64,000 bases of DNA from sequence record KT919973.1, one strand, 5' to 3'. Under the pieces are notes generated by a model, which was not told the origin of the DNA, ran no database searches, and saw nothing but the letters and a program-made list of their open reading frames with translations. This document shows, piece by piece, positions 18,960 to 28,209 of the stretch; within the stretch, counting starts at the first letter, position 1, and each line of letters begins with the position of its first letter. The translations under genes and the position numbers were made by a program.

Positions 18960-20405
18960 ATGTTAGGTAACTTTGACTCATTTCTGAGTGAAAATCGCCG
19001 TCAAACTCAGGGTGGTAAAATCTACCCTAAGTTTGGTCAAGTTATTGTTGAGCTAGGCACTGCATCTACTGAGTTCAGCAAAGGCAAAGGCGTTGAAACA
19101 ACTATCGGCATGATGGAAAAGGCAAATGAGCTTAAATCTATCATGAGTACTAAACTTGCTGAAGATAAAAACGTCGATGAGAAAAACTTCGATATCAATC
19201 TGAGCGAGAACGTAAGCACAATCAACTTGCTTATGGAAAACGAATTCTTATCATTGCCAGCACATGAGCTACAGCAAGTTAAGTCTATGATCATGTGTAC
19301 TGAAGCGCGTCTTCCTAGCATCGTGATTAAAGGCGGTTACTTAGATCAAGTTGTTGCTGAAGCGACTAAGCTTGGTTATAAGAAAAATGACATTCACGTT
19401 GTTTTCCCTATGCGTGAAATGAAAATTAATCTTGCTGATTCTGATAAGCTTGTAATTGAATCGCTATCAATCGACGACAATTCAGCCTCCGAAGTACTGT
19501 CAATGGCTGAAAACATCGAGCTTGGTGACGTTTATGTGACTGTTGAATCGGTTGATTCAAAAGCCGAACTGTCTGACATCACTGAGATGAAAATCAAGTC
19601 TGGTAAAAATGCACTTACATTGGCTGCACTGAACCGTAAAATCATGGACTTGTTCATTGTAAAAGAAGCGAAAGACGTATCATACGCTCGTGAACGTAAA
19701 GACGATACTGGCTTGCCGATGCTAGAAGGCTTCAAAGCATACGATCTGAAACAGAACATCACCATGATTGAACATGCTCAGAACGTTTTCACGAAAGAAA
19801 TCGCGACTGCGCCACTGACATCGACTGCATGGCAAAATCTTGTTGATGTGAAAGAAGCGTATTTTGACAACGGTTGGAAGCTGAAACACAACAACACAAG
19901 TATTGTTCTAACAAACGCGGAACATGCTATGCGTGCAAGTCGTACGTGTTATGAATACCGTGTTGAACTGTCTGAAGCTGGTTACCCGCTTCTTGATATG
20001 ATTGCGATGATGGAACGTAAAGGCGTGAAACGTTTTGACTGTAAAGCATTTGCTGAAGCTATGCTATCGTTCGATGGTTGTGTTACCCCTGAGCGTCAAA
20101 CAGTGACTGCATTTTCAACAATGGCTGAGTCGAATCGTGTATTCCACCCGAATATCATGTCTAGTCTACGTCCAGTGACTGAAATGGTTGATGATGTTGA
20201 TTCACTGATTCGTGCTCTTGCAAATGATCAGTTCAGTTCATTCAAGGTTGGTCAATCTTTCTCTGAAGCGATGCTTGATCAAGAAACACTTTACTCGATG
20301 ATGGAAAACATCGTTGAAAACGGCGTTGACGTTTCGGTTGACGGTACTTTGATTGAGTTCAGCGTTAACGCAACGAACTATCTGATTGATATTGATATTA
20401 AGTAG
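18960..20405 (+). CDS. putative internal head protein, possibly a degenerate P-loop kinase
   Basis: N-terminus MLGNFDSFLSE; GGKIYPKFGQV..GKG, KLGYKKNDIHVV; function inferred only. Confidence 0.55.
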   Translation: MLGNFDSFLSENRRQTQGGKIYPKFGQVIVELGTASTEFSKGKGVETTIGMMEKANELKSIMSTKLAEDKNVDEKNFDINLSENVSTINLLMENEFLSLPAHELQQVKSMIMCTEARLPSIVIKGGYLDQVVAEATKLGYKKNDIHVVFPMREMKINLADSDKLVIESLSIDDNSASEVLSMAENIELGDVYVTVESVDSKAELSDITEMKIKSGKNALTLAALNRKIMDLFIVKEAKDVSYARERKDDTGLPMLEGFKAYDLKQNITMIEHAQNVFTKEIATAPLTSTAWQNLVDVKEAYFDNGWKLKHNNTSIVLTNAEHAMRASRTCYEYRVELSEAGYPLLDMIAMMERKGVKRFDCKAFAEAMLSFDGCVTPERQTVTAFSTMAESNRVFHPNIMSSLRPVTEMVDDVDSLIRALANDQFSSFKVGQSFSEAMLDQETLYSMMENIVENGVDVSVDGTLIEFSVNATNYLIDIDIK

Positions 20406-20412
20406 GTGTGCA

Positions 20413-21060
20413 ATGAAGCAATTTGGTGAATTTTTAACTGAAGTACAAAAGTACAGTTCCGCAGCAACGTCGATACGTGGTAAAGAAGTAGCAGCACTGG
20501 TTAAACTATACAAGAAAGGTATGTTTACACCGGGTGGTACTGCTCTTGACTATGGTGCTGGTAAATACGGTCGTAACGCTGAATTTTTACGCTCTGAAGG
20601 CATCAAAACGTATGCATATGACAAATTCAATGGTACATCTGCTGATGGTTGGACTGATGTCAGTCTGACTATCCCAAATGGGGAATCATTCGATACGGCG
20701 TTTACTTCTTACGTACTGAACGTTGTACCTGAAGAAGTCGAAGCAGAGATTATTCGTGATGTTGAGTCTCGTGCTCGTGGTAAAGTTTTCCATATCACTC
20801 GCGGTACTGACATTACTCAAACTGTGTTGAACGTGATCAGTGGTAAAAGCAAAAACGATATCATGATGCAATTCATTGCTCAAGAATATCCAGATCTGTC
20901 TATGCAGATTGAAGCAGGTAATGCAACAAGAGACGTGGCTAAAGAAATTGCTACTCGCGGTGTAGTTACAGCGAAAGACAGCTTTCAACGTATTCCAGAC
21001 CTTTCAAAGTACGGTTACAAGAAATCTGGTTCAGGTGCTTCGGTAGTTTGGACAAAATAA
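20413..21060 (+). CDS. class I SAM-dependent methyltransferase with capsid-targeting-like N-terminus
   Basis: ALDYGAGKYGR motif I, YAYD, FDTAFTSYVLNV; starts MKQFGEFLTE. Confidence 0.75.
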   Translation: MKQFGEFLTEVQKYSSAATSIRGKEVAALVKLYKKGMFTPGGTALDYGAGKYGRNAEFLRSEGIKTYAYDKFNGTSADGWTDVSLTIPNGESFDTAFTSYVLNVVPEEVEAEIIRDVESRARGKVFHITRGTDITQTVLNVISGKSKNDIMMQFIAQEYPDLSMQIEAGNATRDVAKEIATRGVVTAKDSFQRIPDLSKYGYKKSGSGASVVWTK

Positions 21061-21077
21061 TTTCAAATTATTTGAAT

Positions 21078-21132
21078 AAAAGGGTTGCTTCGGCAACCCT
21101 TTTTGCGTATTATAGCTCTATCGAAACGAGAT
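21078..21132 (+). promoter_or_regulatory. terminator hairpin / early promoter cassette
   Basis: GGGTTGC-TTCG-GCAACCC-TTTTT; TTGCTT-N17-TATTAT; identical copy at about 36805. Confidence 0.85.
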
Positions 21133-21154
21133 ACGAAAACAAAGAGAGTACATT

Positions 21155-21412
21155 ATGATGATTACTGAATCAATTCGCCTTACTACTGTACGTGATATGC
21201 TAGACTGCCCTGCTACGTCTTTCGCATTCTGGTCGCGAGAATTCATGATTATGCCTGACGAAGATTTAACAATCAAGACAGACGAAGAAAAAGTGACATT
21301 TATTCTTCTTGACTCTATGTGTGTTGTTACTGTAACATTAGACGATACATTAGAAACATTAGAAGCGGAATTCTCAGATGCACTTACAGAACGAGCAAAA
21401 CGAATAGTTTAA
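21155..21412 (+). CDS. hypothetical early protein
   Basis: GAGAG RBS after promoter. Confidence 0.7.
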   Translation: MMITESIRLTTVRDMLDCPATSFAFWSREFMIMPDEDLTIKTDEEKVTFILLDSMCVVTVTLDDTLETLEAEFSDALTERAKRIV

Positions 21413-21459
21413 CTGCTCGTATTTGTTAGATATAATACTCAAACATTGAAGGAAACATT

Positions 21460-21921
21460 ATGATTTATATTGAAACGAGCAACATTCTATCTGATGACAC
21501 TCTTGGGTTTGCAATTGCAGGTGCGCCTCAAATCGACCAGCTTGAGAAAAAAGAGCGTGACAACGTACTCAATAAAGCAATTGAAGTCAAGCTTTATGAG
21601 CGTCTACCGTCAACTGCTGTCCTTGATTTTCTCTTAAATCAAAAGATTTCATTCATTGCCGTTTTGAGCAAAGTTTCGGTTATTGCTGAACAACAACGCG
21701 CTTGGTTTGATACGCTCGGTAAGCAATTAAACGTTGATGTAATGTACACTGACTTTCAAGAAGTCGAGCATACTCGCGATACACTATTGATTGCTGAAGA
21801 TCGTCATGAACTGAAGCTTCACGCTCAGAAAGATGGTAAGATTCTTCCATTTTCAACACATACACAATTTCAATTCATCATCGACCATTTAAAGATTCAG
21901 GTCGATACTAAGGAGCAGTAA
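21460..21921 (+). CDS. hypothetical protein
   Basis: GAAGG RBS, 153 aa. Confidence 0.7.
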   Translation: MIYIETSNILSDDTLGFAIAGAPQIDQLEKKERDNVLNKAIEVKLYERLPSTAVLDFLLNQKISFIAVLSKVSVIAEQQRAWFDTLGKQLNVDVMYTDFQEVEHTRDTLLIAEDRHELKLHAQKDGKILPFSTHTQFQFIIDHLKIQVDTKEQ

Positions 21922-22271
21922 TGCAAGAAAAGCCAGATTTACTTAAAGACGACGAAATTGTTGATGTAGTCGATGATCAAGAGGTACAAGAATATCTCGA
22001 ACAGATTAACGCTCAACGCCGTGCTTTGATTGAGAAAGAAGCTAAACGACGCATCAAAAAGAACTCGCGTGAGATTAAACGTCTGCGTAAGCACGCTGAA
22101 AAGTGTTTAATTGAAGAGAACAAAGCGGGTTATATCTACGCAATTCGTAAGCTGCGTTCTATTACTGGTCAAACTGTCGGTGACGATGTGCTTGAGACGC
22201 TTTGGGAAACAAGTCGTGAACAAGTATTGACTATCGTACGCTCTTTCGCAGAAGCGAAAGCGGGTCAGTAA
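21921..22271 (+). CDS. a-gt.4: conserved T4-like protein, a-gt.4 family
   Basis: KEAKRRIKKNSREIKRLRKHAE..YIYAIRKLR; position upstream of gene 47. Confidence 0.65.
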   Translation: MQEKPDLLKDDEIVDVVDDQEVQEYLEQINAQRRALIEKEAKRRIKKNSREIKRLRKHAEKCLIEENKAGYIYAIRKLRSITGQTVGDDVLETLWETSREQVLTIVRSFAEAKAGQ

Positions 22272-22735
22272 TGGACATCAAATCAGGCGCTGGTTACCCA
22301 GCCAGTGCGCTGTCGAACTTTGCGCCACACGCATTCACTGTGCGTGGCGTTGAATGTGCTTCAATGGAAGGGTTTCTTCAGTCACTGAAGTTTAAAAACC
22401 CTGATATGCAACGTGAAGTCTGCAAGCTTGTAGGTAAAGTTGCTAAAGCACGCGGTGCAAAGAAGAACTGGCAGCGCACTCAGACACTTTATTGGCAAGG
22501 TGAGCCGATTCAGAGAGGTTCGGTTGGTTATCAATCGTTACTCGATGATGCGTACGCTGCGTTGGCTCAGAACGTCAAATTTCAAAAGGCACTGCTTGCT
22601 ACTGGTAAAGCTACCCTTACTCATTCAATCGGGCGTAAGAAGCAGGCAGAGACGGTTTTAACTGTACAAGAATTCTGTAGCCGATTGACAGAGATTCGGG
22701 AACATTTGCAGAATGAAGCTTATGAACGTAGTTAA
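22271..22735 (+). CDS. 30.3: NADAR-family ADP-ribosyl-guanine hydrolase (T4 gp30.3-like)
   Basis: ALSNFAPH.F..ASMEGFLQSLKFKN..WQ.TQTLYWQG..LTHSIG. Confidence 0.8.
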   Translation: MDIKSGAGYPASALSNFAPHAFTVRGVECASMEGFLQSLKFKNPDMQREVCKLVGKVAKARGAKKNWQRTQTLYWQGEPIQRGSVGYQSLLDDAYAALAQNVKFQKALLATGKATLTHSIGRKKQAETVLTVQEFCSRLTEIREHLQNEAYERS

Positions 22736-23222
22736 ATTGATGATTCGTGCGATTACTCGCGCTAAGAAAGCAAAGCCGATTGTTTACATTGACATGGACA
22801 ATGTGCTTGTTGACTTCAAAAGCGGTATTGATGCTCTTTCAATCTGGGAGCGCAATCAATATGAAGGTCGCTACGATGAATGCCCGGGTATTTTCGCTCA
22901 CATGAAACCACTCAACGGTGCAGTTTCTGCATTTGAAATGTTGAACAAACACTTCGATTGCTATATACTGTCTACCGCCCCGTGGGATAATCCCGGTGCA
23001 TGGCAAGATAAACGATTATGGGTTGAGCGTTACTTAGGTAAAGGCGCTTACAAACGACTGATCTTGTCACATAATAAGCAGTTAAACTTCGGTCATTATC
23101 TCATCGACGACCGCACTAAAAACGGTGCAGGTGAGTTTATGGGCGAACACATTCACTTTGGCACAGACGAATTCCCTGATTGGGCTTCGGTTGTGACTTA
23201 CCTTACGAGTGAGAAAAAATGA
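22713..23222 (+). CDS. 5'(3')-deoxyribonucleotidase (HAD, NT5C)
   Basis: YIDMDNVLVDF, ILSTAPW, YLIDDR. Confidence 0.88.
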   Translation: MKLMNVVKLMIRAITRAKKAKPIVYIDMDNVLVDFKSGIDALSIWERNQYEGRYDECPGIFAHMKPLNGAVSAFEMLNKHFDCYILSTAPWDNPGAWQDKRLWVERYLGKGAYKRLILSHNKQLNFGHYLIDDRTKNGAGEFMGEHIHFGTDEFPDWASVVTYLTSEKK

Positions 23223-24262
23223 GCAAAATAGCACTGGTTGGTGACTTACATATCGGCATTAAAGATGACGACTTGTGGGTTCAAAACTACCAACGAGAAT
23301 TCTTCGATTTTATGTTTGCTGAACTTGAAGAGCGCGGTGTAAAACAGATCATTCAGCTAGGCGACTGGTTTGATGTTCGACGCGGTGCGACTCAAGAAAC
23401 ATTGATGTTTCAGCGAACGTATCTAAATGGCATGCTGAAGGGATATGACACTCACGTTCTAGTGGGTAACCATGACATGCACTTGCGTGAATGCATTGTA
23501 CCTAATACACCGTATGAAGTACTGAGCATTGTCCCTGATGTGACTATCTATGAAAAACCGACAACGGTTGAGTTTGATGGCGTGAAAATCGACATTATTC
23601 CGTGGATTTGTAAAGAAAATGCGGTTGAAATCGATGAATTCATCAAAAATTCGACATCTGAATACTGTGTCGGTCACTTCGAACTAAATGGTTTTGAATT
23701 TCATCGCGGTCAGAAAGCAACGGGCTGTCTTGATGCTGGCTTCTTGAAGAAGTACAAGCAAGTATGGTCTGGGCACTTTCATACTCAGTCTGAAGCGGGT
23801 AATATCAAGTATCTTGGTACTCCATATACATTGACACTTGCAGATGCTGACGACAAGCGTGGTTTTTGGTTGTTCGACACTGAAACTCATGAAATGGAGT
23901 TTATCGAGAACCCTAACTGTTGGCATACAAAGCTTTACTTTGATGCCGAGACGTTTGACCCGAAAACAATCCCGAGCTATGAAAACCGTAACGTCAAGAT
24001 TATCGTTGAACGTCGTTCAAGCGACAAGCGAGAAATCTCGTTTGATGTCGTCGAAGACCGTATTGCACAAATCGCACATGCGTGTCAAACACTTGATGAA
24101 TTAGATATCAAGAAAGATGTTGCTGAAGACATCAAATCGATCAAAGACATTGACGACTATGTTGCTGAGTATGCAGATACGCTTGACGAATCGACTGAAG
24201 TTAAGACGAAAGTTAAATCTATCTTCTCGGCGCTTCGTGCTGAAGCTTTGGAGAATGCATAA
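23219..24262 (+). CDS. 47: recombination nuclease (Mre11/SbcD-like)
   Basis: GDLH, LGDWFD, VGNHD, GHFE, SGHFH; adjacent to gene 46. Confidence 0.95.
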   Translation: MSKIALVGDLHIGIKDDDLWVQNYQREFFDFMFAELEERGVKQIIQLGDWFDVRRGATQETLMFQRTYLNGMLKGYDTHVLVGNHDMHLRECIVPNTPYEVLSIVPDVTIYEKPTTVEFDGVKIDIIPWICKENAVEIDEFIKNSTSEYCVGHFELNGFEFHRGQKATGCLDAGFLKKYKQVWSGHFHTQSEAGNIKYLGTPYTLTLADADDKRGFWLFDTETHEMEFIENPNCWHTKLYFDAETFDPKTIPSYENRNVKIIVERRSSDKREISFDVVEDRIAQIAHACQTLDELDIKKDVAEDIKSIKDIDDYVAEYADTLDESTEVKTKVKSIFSALRAEALENA

Positions 24263-24486
24263 TGGAACGTGAATTAGTAAGTCCTTGTAAAATCTGCGGC
24301 AAACTTCCGTTTATTCATAAGGCGCCAGTAATGGCAAATGGGTGTAGTTTCACAGCGTGGATTGTTGAATGTGACAACGACGATGATGATCAGCGCACTC
24401 CTCCTTTCGTTGAGCATAGTCTAGTCGTCTATGGTTCTACTAAAGAAGAAGCAGTTGACCGATGGGATGAAATAGCCAATGATTAA
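24262..24486 (+). CDS. hypothetical Cys-containing protein
   Basis: CKICGK..C..C; coupled between 47 and 46. Confidence 0.6.
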   Translation: MERELVSPCKICGKLPFIHKAPVMANGCSFTAWIVECDNDDDDQRTPPFVEHSLVVYGSTKEEAVDRWDEIAND

Positions 24487-26716
24487 GTTTAAAGACGTAA
24501 CATATAGTAATATCATGTCAGTAGGCAACACGCCTATTACAGTAGATTTATCTGAGTTTAATAAGACATTGATTACTGGTACAAACGGTGCTGGTAAATC
24601 GACGTTTATCGAAGCAGTTTGTTTCGCGTTGTACGGTAAACCATTCCGTAATATCAAAAAGACTCAGATAGTCAACGCCGTGAATAAGAAAAAGCTATTG
24701 GTTGAAATTACATTTCAAGACAATAAGCATGTTTATAAAATCATTCGCGGTATTAAACCAAACAAGTTCGAAATCTACAAAGACGATGAACTAATCCCGC
24801 AAGAAGCTGCTGTTGCTGATTATCAAGACATGCTCGAAAAGAACATCTTGAAAATGAGTCTAAGCACGTTTAAACAGATTGCGGTGCTAGGCACAGCGGG
24901 TTATACTCCATTTATGCTTTTACCTGCTGGTAAACGTCGTGAGATTGTAGAAGACTTGCTTGATATCGGTATCTTCAGTGATATGGCAGCGTTGAACAAA
25001 GTTGCGCTGAAACAACTCAATGAGAAGATCAAAGATACCGAAGCTGAAATCGAACGTCGAATGGGTGAGCTTAAACTACACATTCAGTTTCAGAAAGAAC
25101 AGCAAGATAACCGTGATGGTGACCTTGCTCAACTTGAAGCGCGTAAGAAAGAAGCTGAAGCAGAGCTTGTACCTATTGGTATTGCAATCGCAGAGCTTGA
25201 AAATCAAATCAGCGGCGATAGCAAGATTCTACGTGATCTGAAACAGAAGCTTGATTTTGAACTGTCAGCGGCAGAAGAAGAGCACGAAACTGAACTTGCT
25301 GCGTTAGATTCTGAGCATCGTGCCAATATCAACGAGATCGAATCTAAACAGAAAGAAGAACTTGATGAACTCAAGGCTAAGCAAACAAGCGAACAGAACG
25401 TAATCGACGAGCTGAATGAACAAGAAGTTCTCGACCTCGACAAAGAACACTCACAAGAATTGATTGATTTCGATAAAGAGACCGAGAAAAACACACCAGA
25501 AGCACCCGATGCTGATGCTATTGCTGCTGATACTTCGACGGTGTTGAGCAACAAGAAAGAAATCGCGAAGCTCAAAGAGAATAAAGAATTCTTTGAGAAG
25601 AACGGTGACTGTGAATGTTCGACGTGTAAGCAAACAATTTCGTCTGATTTCGCGCAAAGTGTCATTGATATGGCTGATTCGCAGATCGCAACTCTTACTG
25701 AAGAAAGCAAAGCACTTGCTGAAAAGATTCGTGCTGCTCAAGCGCAGTCTAAAGCTCGTAGTGAGTATATTAGCACTCGTGCGAGTGAACGTTCAGCTTT
25801 AGATGAGAAACAGCGTACAGAGCGTTCTGTGCTTGTTAAAAAGCAATCAGAGAAGCGTGCTGAAGTAATCGAAGCGCAGCGTGAAGAAATGTCGAAGAAA
25901 ACCAGTATTTTCAACGATACACTGACGTTGTTACGTGAAGAACAATCTAAAGCTCGTGCAGAATCAGTTGCGCAGTTTGCTGACATCAAAGCGTCATTGA
26001 CCGATAAGGGTGCGAGTGAACGCGAAGAATTAGCGAATAACATCGCTAAAGACAAAGCTGAATTAGCGAAAGCAATAACTAACGAGCAGAACTTGACGTC
26101 CAAGATTGCGACTATCAATGCAGACATTGAAGACGTAAAAGCGAAAGCTGCAACGGAAGACCGCTCGGCGCTGATCAAGAAACTGACTGCTGAAGTTCGT
26201 GAAGTGAAGGCAGGCTTGCAAAATGATTTGCAGACTAAGCACTGTCGTACCATCGTTGGTACATTATTGAAAGATGACGGCGTGAAGTCGATGATCGTTC
26301 GCCAGTACATTCCGATGATCAACAAGTATATCAATGACTACTTGAAGACCATGAATGCAAACTACAACTTTGTTCTTGATGAAGAATTCAACGAGACGAT
26401 TAAATCTCGTGGTCGTGACGACTTTAGTTACACGTCATTCTCTCAAGGCGAACGTTGTCGCATTGACTTGGCATTGCTATTCGCGTTTCGTGACTTAGTA
26501 AGTGCTCGTACAGGCTCAATGACCAACCTATTAGTACTCGATGAAGTATTTGATTCGGCTGCTGATACTGATGGTGTTGATTCTATCAACCAAATCTTGA
26601 GCAGTATTCAAGATAACGTGTTTATTATCTCACACAGCGAGAAGCATGAACAAAGCATGTTCGATAAGCATATTAAATTTGCCAAGAAAGGTAATTTCAC
26701 AAGAGAGGTCAAATGA
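24479..26716 (+). CDS. 46: recombination ATPase (Rad50/SbcC-like)
   Basis: GTNGAGKST Walker A, FSQGE signature, LVLDEVFD Walker B, CSTC zinc hook. Confidence 0.96.
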   Translation: MIKFKDVTYSNIMSVGNTPITVDLSEFNKTLITGTNGAGKSTFIEAVCFALYGKPFRNIKKTQIVNAVNKKKLLVEITFQDNKHVYKIIRGIKPNKFEIYKDDELIPQEAAVADYQDMLEKNILKMSLSTFKQIAVLGTAGYTPFMLLPAGKRREIVEDLLDIGIFSDMAALNKVALKQLNEKIKDTEAEIERRMGELKLHIQFQKEQQDNRDGDLAQLEARKKEAEAELVPIGIAIAELENQISGDSKILRDLKQKLDFELSAAEEEHETELAALDSEHRANINEIESKQKEELDELKAKQTSEQNVIDELNEQEVLDLDKEHSQELIDFDKETEKNTPEAPDADAIAADTSTVLSNKKEIAKLKENKEFFEKNGDCECSTCKQTISSDFAQSVIDMADSQIATLTEESKALAEKIRAAQAQSKARSEYISTRASERSALDEKQRTERSVLVKKQSEKRAEVIEAQREEMSKKTSIFNDTLTLLREEQSKARAESVAQFADIKASLTDKGASEREELANNIAKDKAELAKAITNEQNLTSKIATINADIEDVKAKAATEDRSALIKKLTAEVREVKAGLQNDLQTKHCRTIVGTLLKDDGVKSMIVRQYIPMINKYINDYLKTMNANYNFVLDEEFNETIKSRGRDDFSYTSFSQGERCRIDLALLFAFRDLVSARTGSMTNLLVLDEVFDSAADTDGVDSINQILSSIQDNVFIISHSEKHEQSMFDKHIKFAKKGNFTREVK

Positions 26717-27177
26717 AACTCGTACCGATGACGGTCGATTACAGTGAAGATATTTACACGATGTGTAAGTATCTTTTACTTAACGACACACACACAGAAT
26801 GTCCAGAAACGAAGATCGGGCGCTTTATGCTCGGTCGTGCGACTGGTCATACAACTTCGATGGTAAAAGCCGCAGAGCGTCTACGTCGTGAAGGTTTCAA
26901 TGTGCTTGAAGTCTATTACAACGAATTGAATCGTTCGATGAATCGCCGTGGTTGGAATCATGACATGGCAACGACTTATGACAAGATCGTCCGTGATGGG
27001 TTTTATCACAACGCATTCGTAGGTCGTGGCAATGCAAATATGCCAGACATCATCTTGTTTGACACATATTCGTTTGCTGAACAACGCATTCGCGGTGTAT
27101 CTACGAAAGTAGATGAATTGATGCATATTTTGCATCGTGAGTTTAACAAGAAAACTGCGTTTTTCTTCATTCAATAG
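26713..27177 (+). CDS. hypothetical protein, degenerate P-loop-like
   Basis: GRATGHTTS and IILFD resemble Walker A/B remnants. Confidence 0.55.
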   Translation: MKLVPMTVDYSEDIYTMCKYLLLNDTHTECPETKIGRFMLGRATGHTTSMVKAAERLRREGFNVLEVYYNELNRSMNRRGWNHDMATTYDKIVRDGFYHNAFVGRGNANMPDIILFDTYSFAEQRIRGVSTKVDELMHILHREFNKKTAFFFIQ

Positions 27178-27443
27178 TGTTTAGACCGGTAAATAGTCGT
27201 GCTAATATGAGCGCAGCTATTGAGGAAATGCAAATGAACTTAGACAATTATCAATCTATGCCAGAGATAAAACATTGGGTTATCATTGATGCATTCACTG
27301 GCGAAGAAAAAATCATCCCTGAGGCTCAACTACTAGAAGCGTTCGGTAAAGAGCGTTGGTTGAAAATCACATCTGGTCTAGACGACTACTTTACTGCTTA
27401 CGAGTATAACTTTGAATATACTGAACGTGGCTTTAAACTTTAA
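27177..27443 (+). CDS. hypothetical protein (position of T4 45.2)
   Basis: small ORF between 46 and 45; start uncertain. Confidence 0.55.
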   Translation: MFRPVNSRANMSAAIEEMQMNLDNYQSMPEIKHWVIIDAFTGEEKIIPEAQLLEAFGKERWLKITSGLDDYFTAYEYNFEYTERGFKL

Positions 27444-27477
27444 TTGAATAAAATATCATAATCTTGAAGGTAAAAGA

Positions 27478-28143
27478 ATGAAACTATCTAAATCTACAAT
27501 CGAAGTACTGAAAAACTTTGCAGGCATCAACAACGGCATGGTTATCCATCAAGGTTCTCGACTACGTACTCAAGACAACTTGAACAAGCAAATCGCTTAC
27601 GCTGACATCGAAGATTCGTTCCCTGTAGAGTTTGCAGTGTACGATCTGGGTGAGTTTCTAAGCGCGTTGAACTTGCTTGACAATGCTGAACTTGATTTCC
27701 AAGAAAAATACGTTGTCGTTACTGGTGATGGTGGTACGAAGCTTACGTTCCAATATGCAAACGCTGAGTTTGTAACTGAAGCACCTGAAAAAGTAAACTT
27801 CCCTACTGAACTAGACGGCGGTGCTGAGTTTGATCTCAAAGGTGAAGATCTACAGCGCGTTAAAAAAGCGTCTGCGACACTAGGTCTTTCTGACATTTGT
27901 GTTCGAACTGAAGCGGGTAGCACTGCAATCACGCTATCAGCTACTGATGCACAAGGTTCAAGCAAACACACGTTTGAAATCAACGTTGGTGAAGTTGAAT
28001 CAGACGTTGAATTCAAGTTCTTCTTCAAAGCAGAGCGTTTGAACATCGTTGACCAAGACTACAAAGTTTCGATTCACCCAGCGGGTATTTCTCGCTTCTT
28101 GGGTCTATCACTTGAGTACTTCATTGCAACCGAAGCACTTTAA
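27478..28143 (+). CDS. 45: sliding clamp
   Basis: MKLSKSTIEVLKNFAGIN..FAVYDLGEFLSAL. Confidence 0.95.
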   Translation: MKLSKSTIEVLKNFAGINNGMVIHQGSRLRTQDNLNKQIAYADIEDSFPVEFAVYDLGEFLSALNLLDNAELDFQEKYVVVTGDGGTKLTFQYANAEFVTEAPEKVNFPTELDGGAEFDLKGEDLQRVKKASATLGLSDICVRTEAGSTAITLSATDAQGSSKHTFEINVGEVESDVEFKFFFKAERLNIVDQDYKVSIHPAGISRFLGLSLEYFIATEAL

Positions 28144-28209
28144 GTTATTTGTAAGTTATCGGGGCTGCAAAGCCCCTTTTTTGAAAATTTTATTATGGGA
28201 AACGACTAA

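Noticed and set aside
25204-26334. Long minus-strand ORFs (168, 96 and 198 aa) inside gene 46
   Set aside because: Antisense shadows of the GAA/GCT/AAA-rich coiled-coil codons; Ser/Leu-rich, with no RBS or motifs.
26713-27177. Active helicase or terminase ATPase
   Set aside because: The Walker A lysine is replaced (GRATGHTT) and the protein is only 154 aa.
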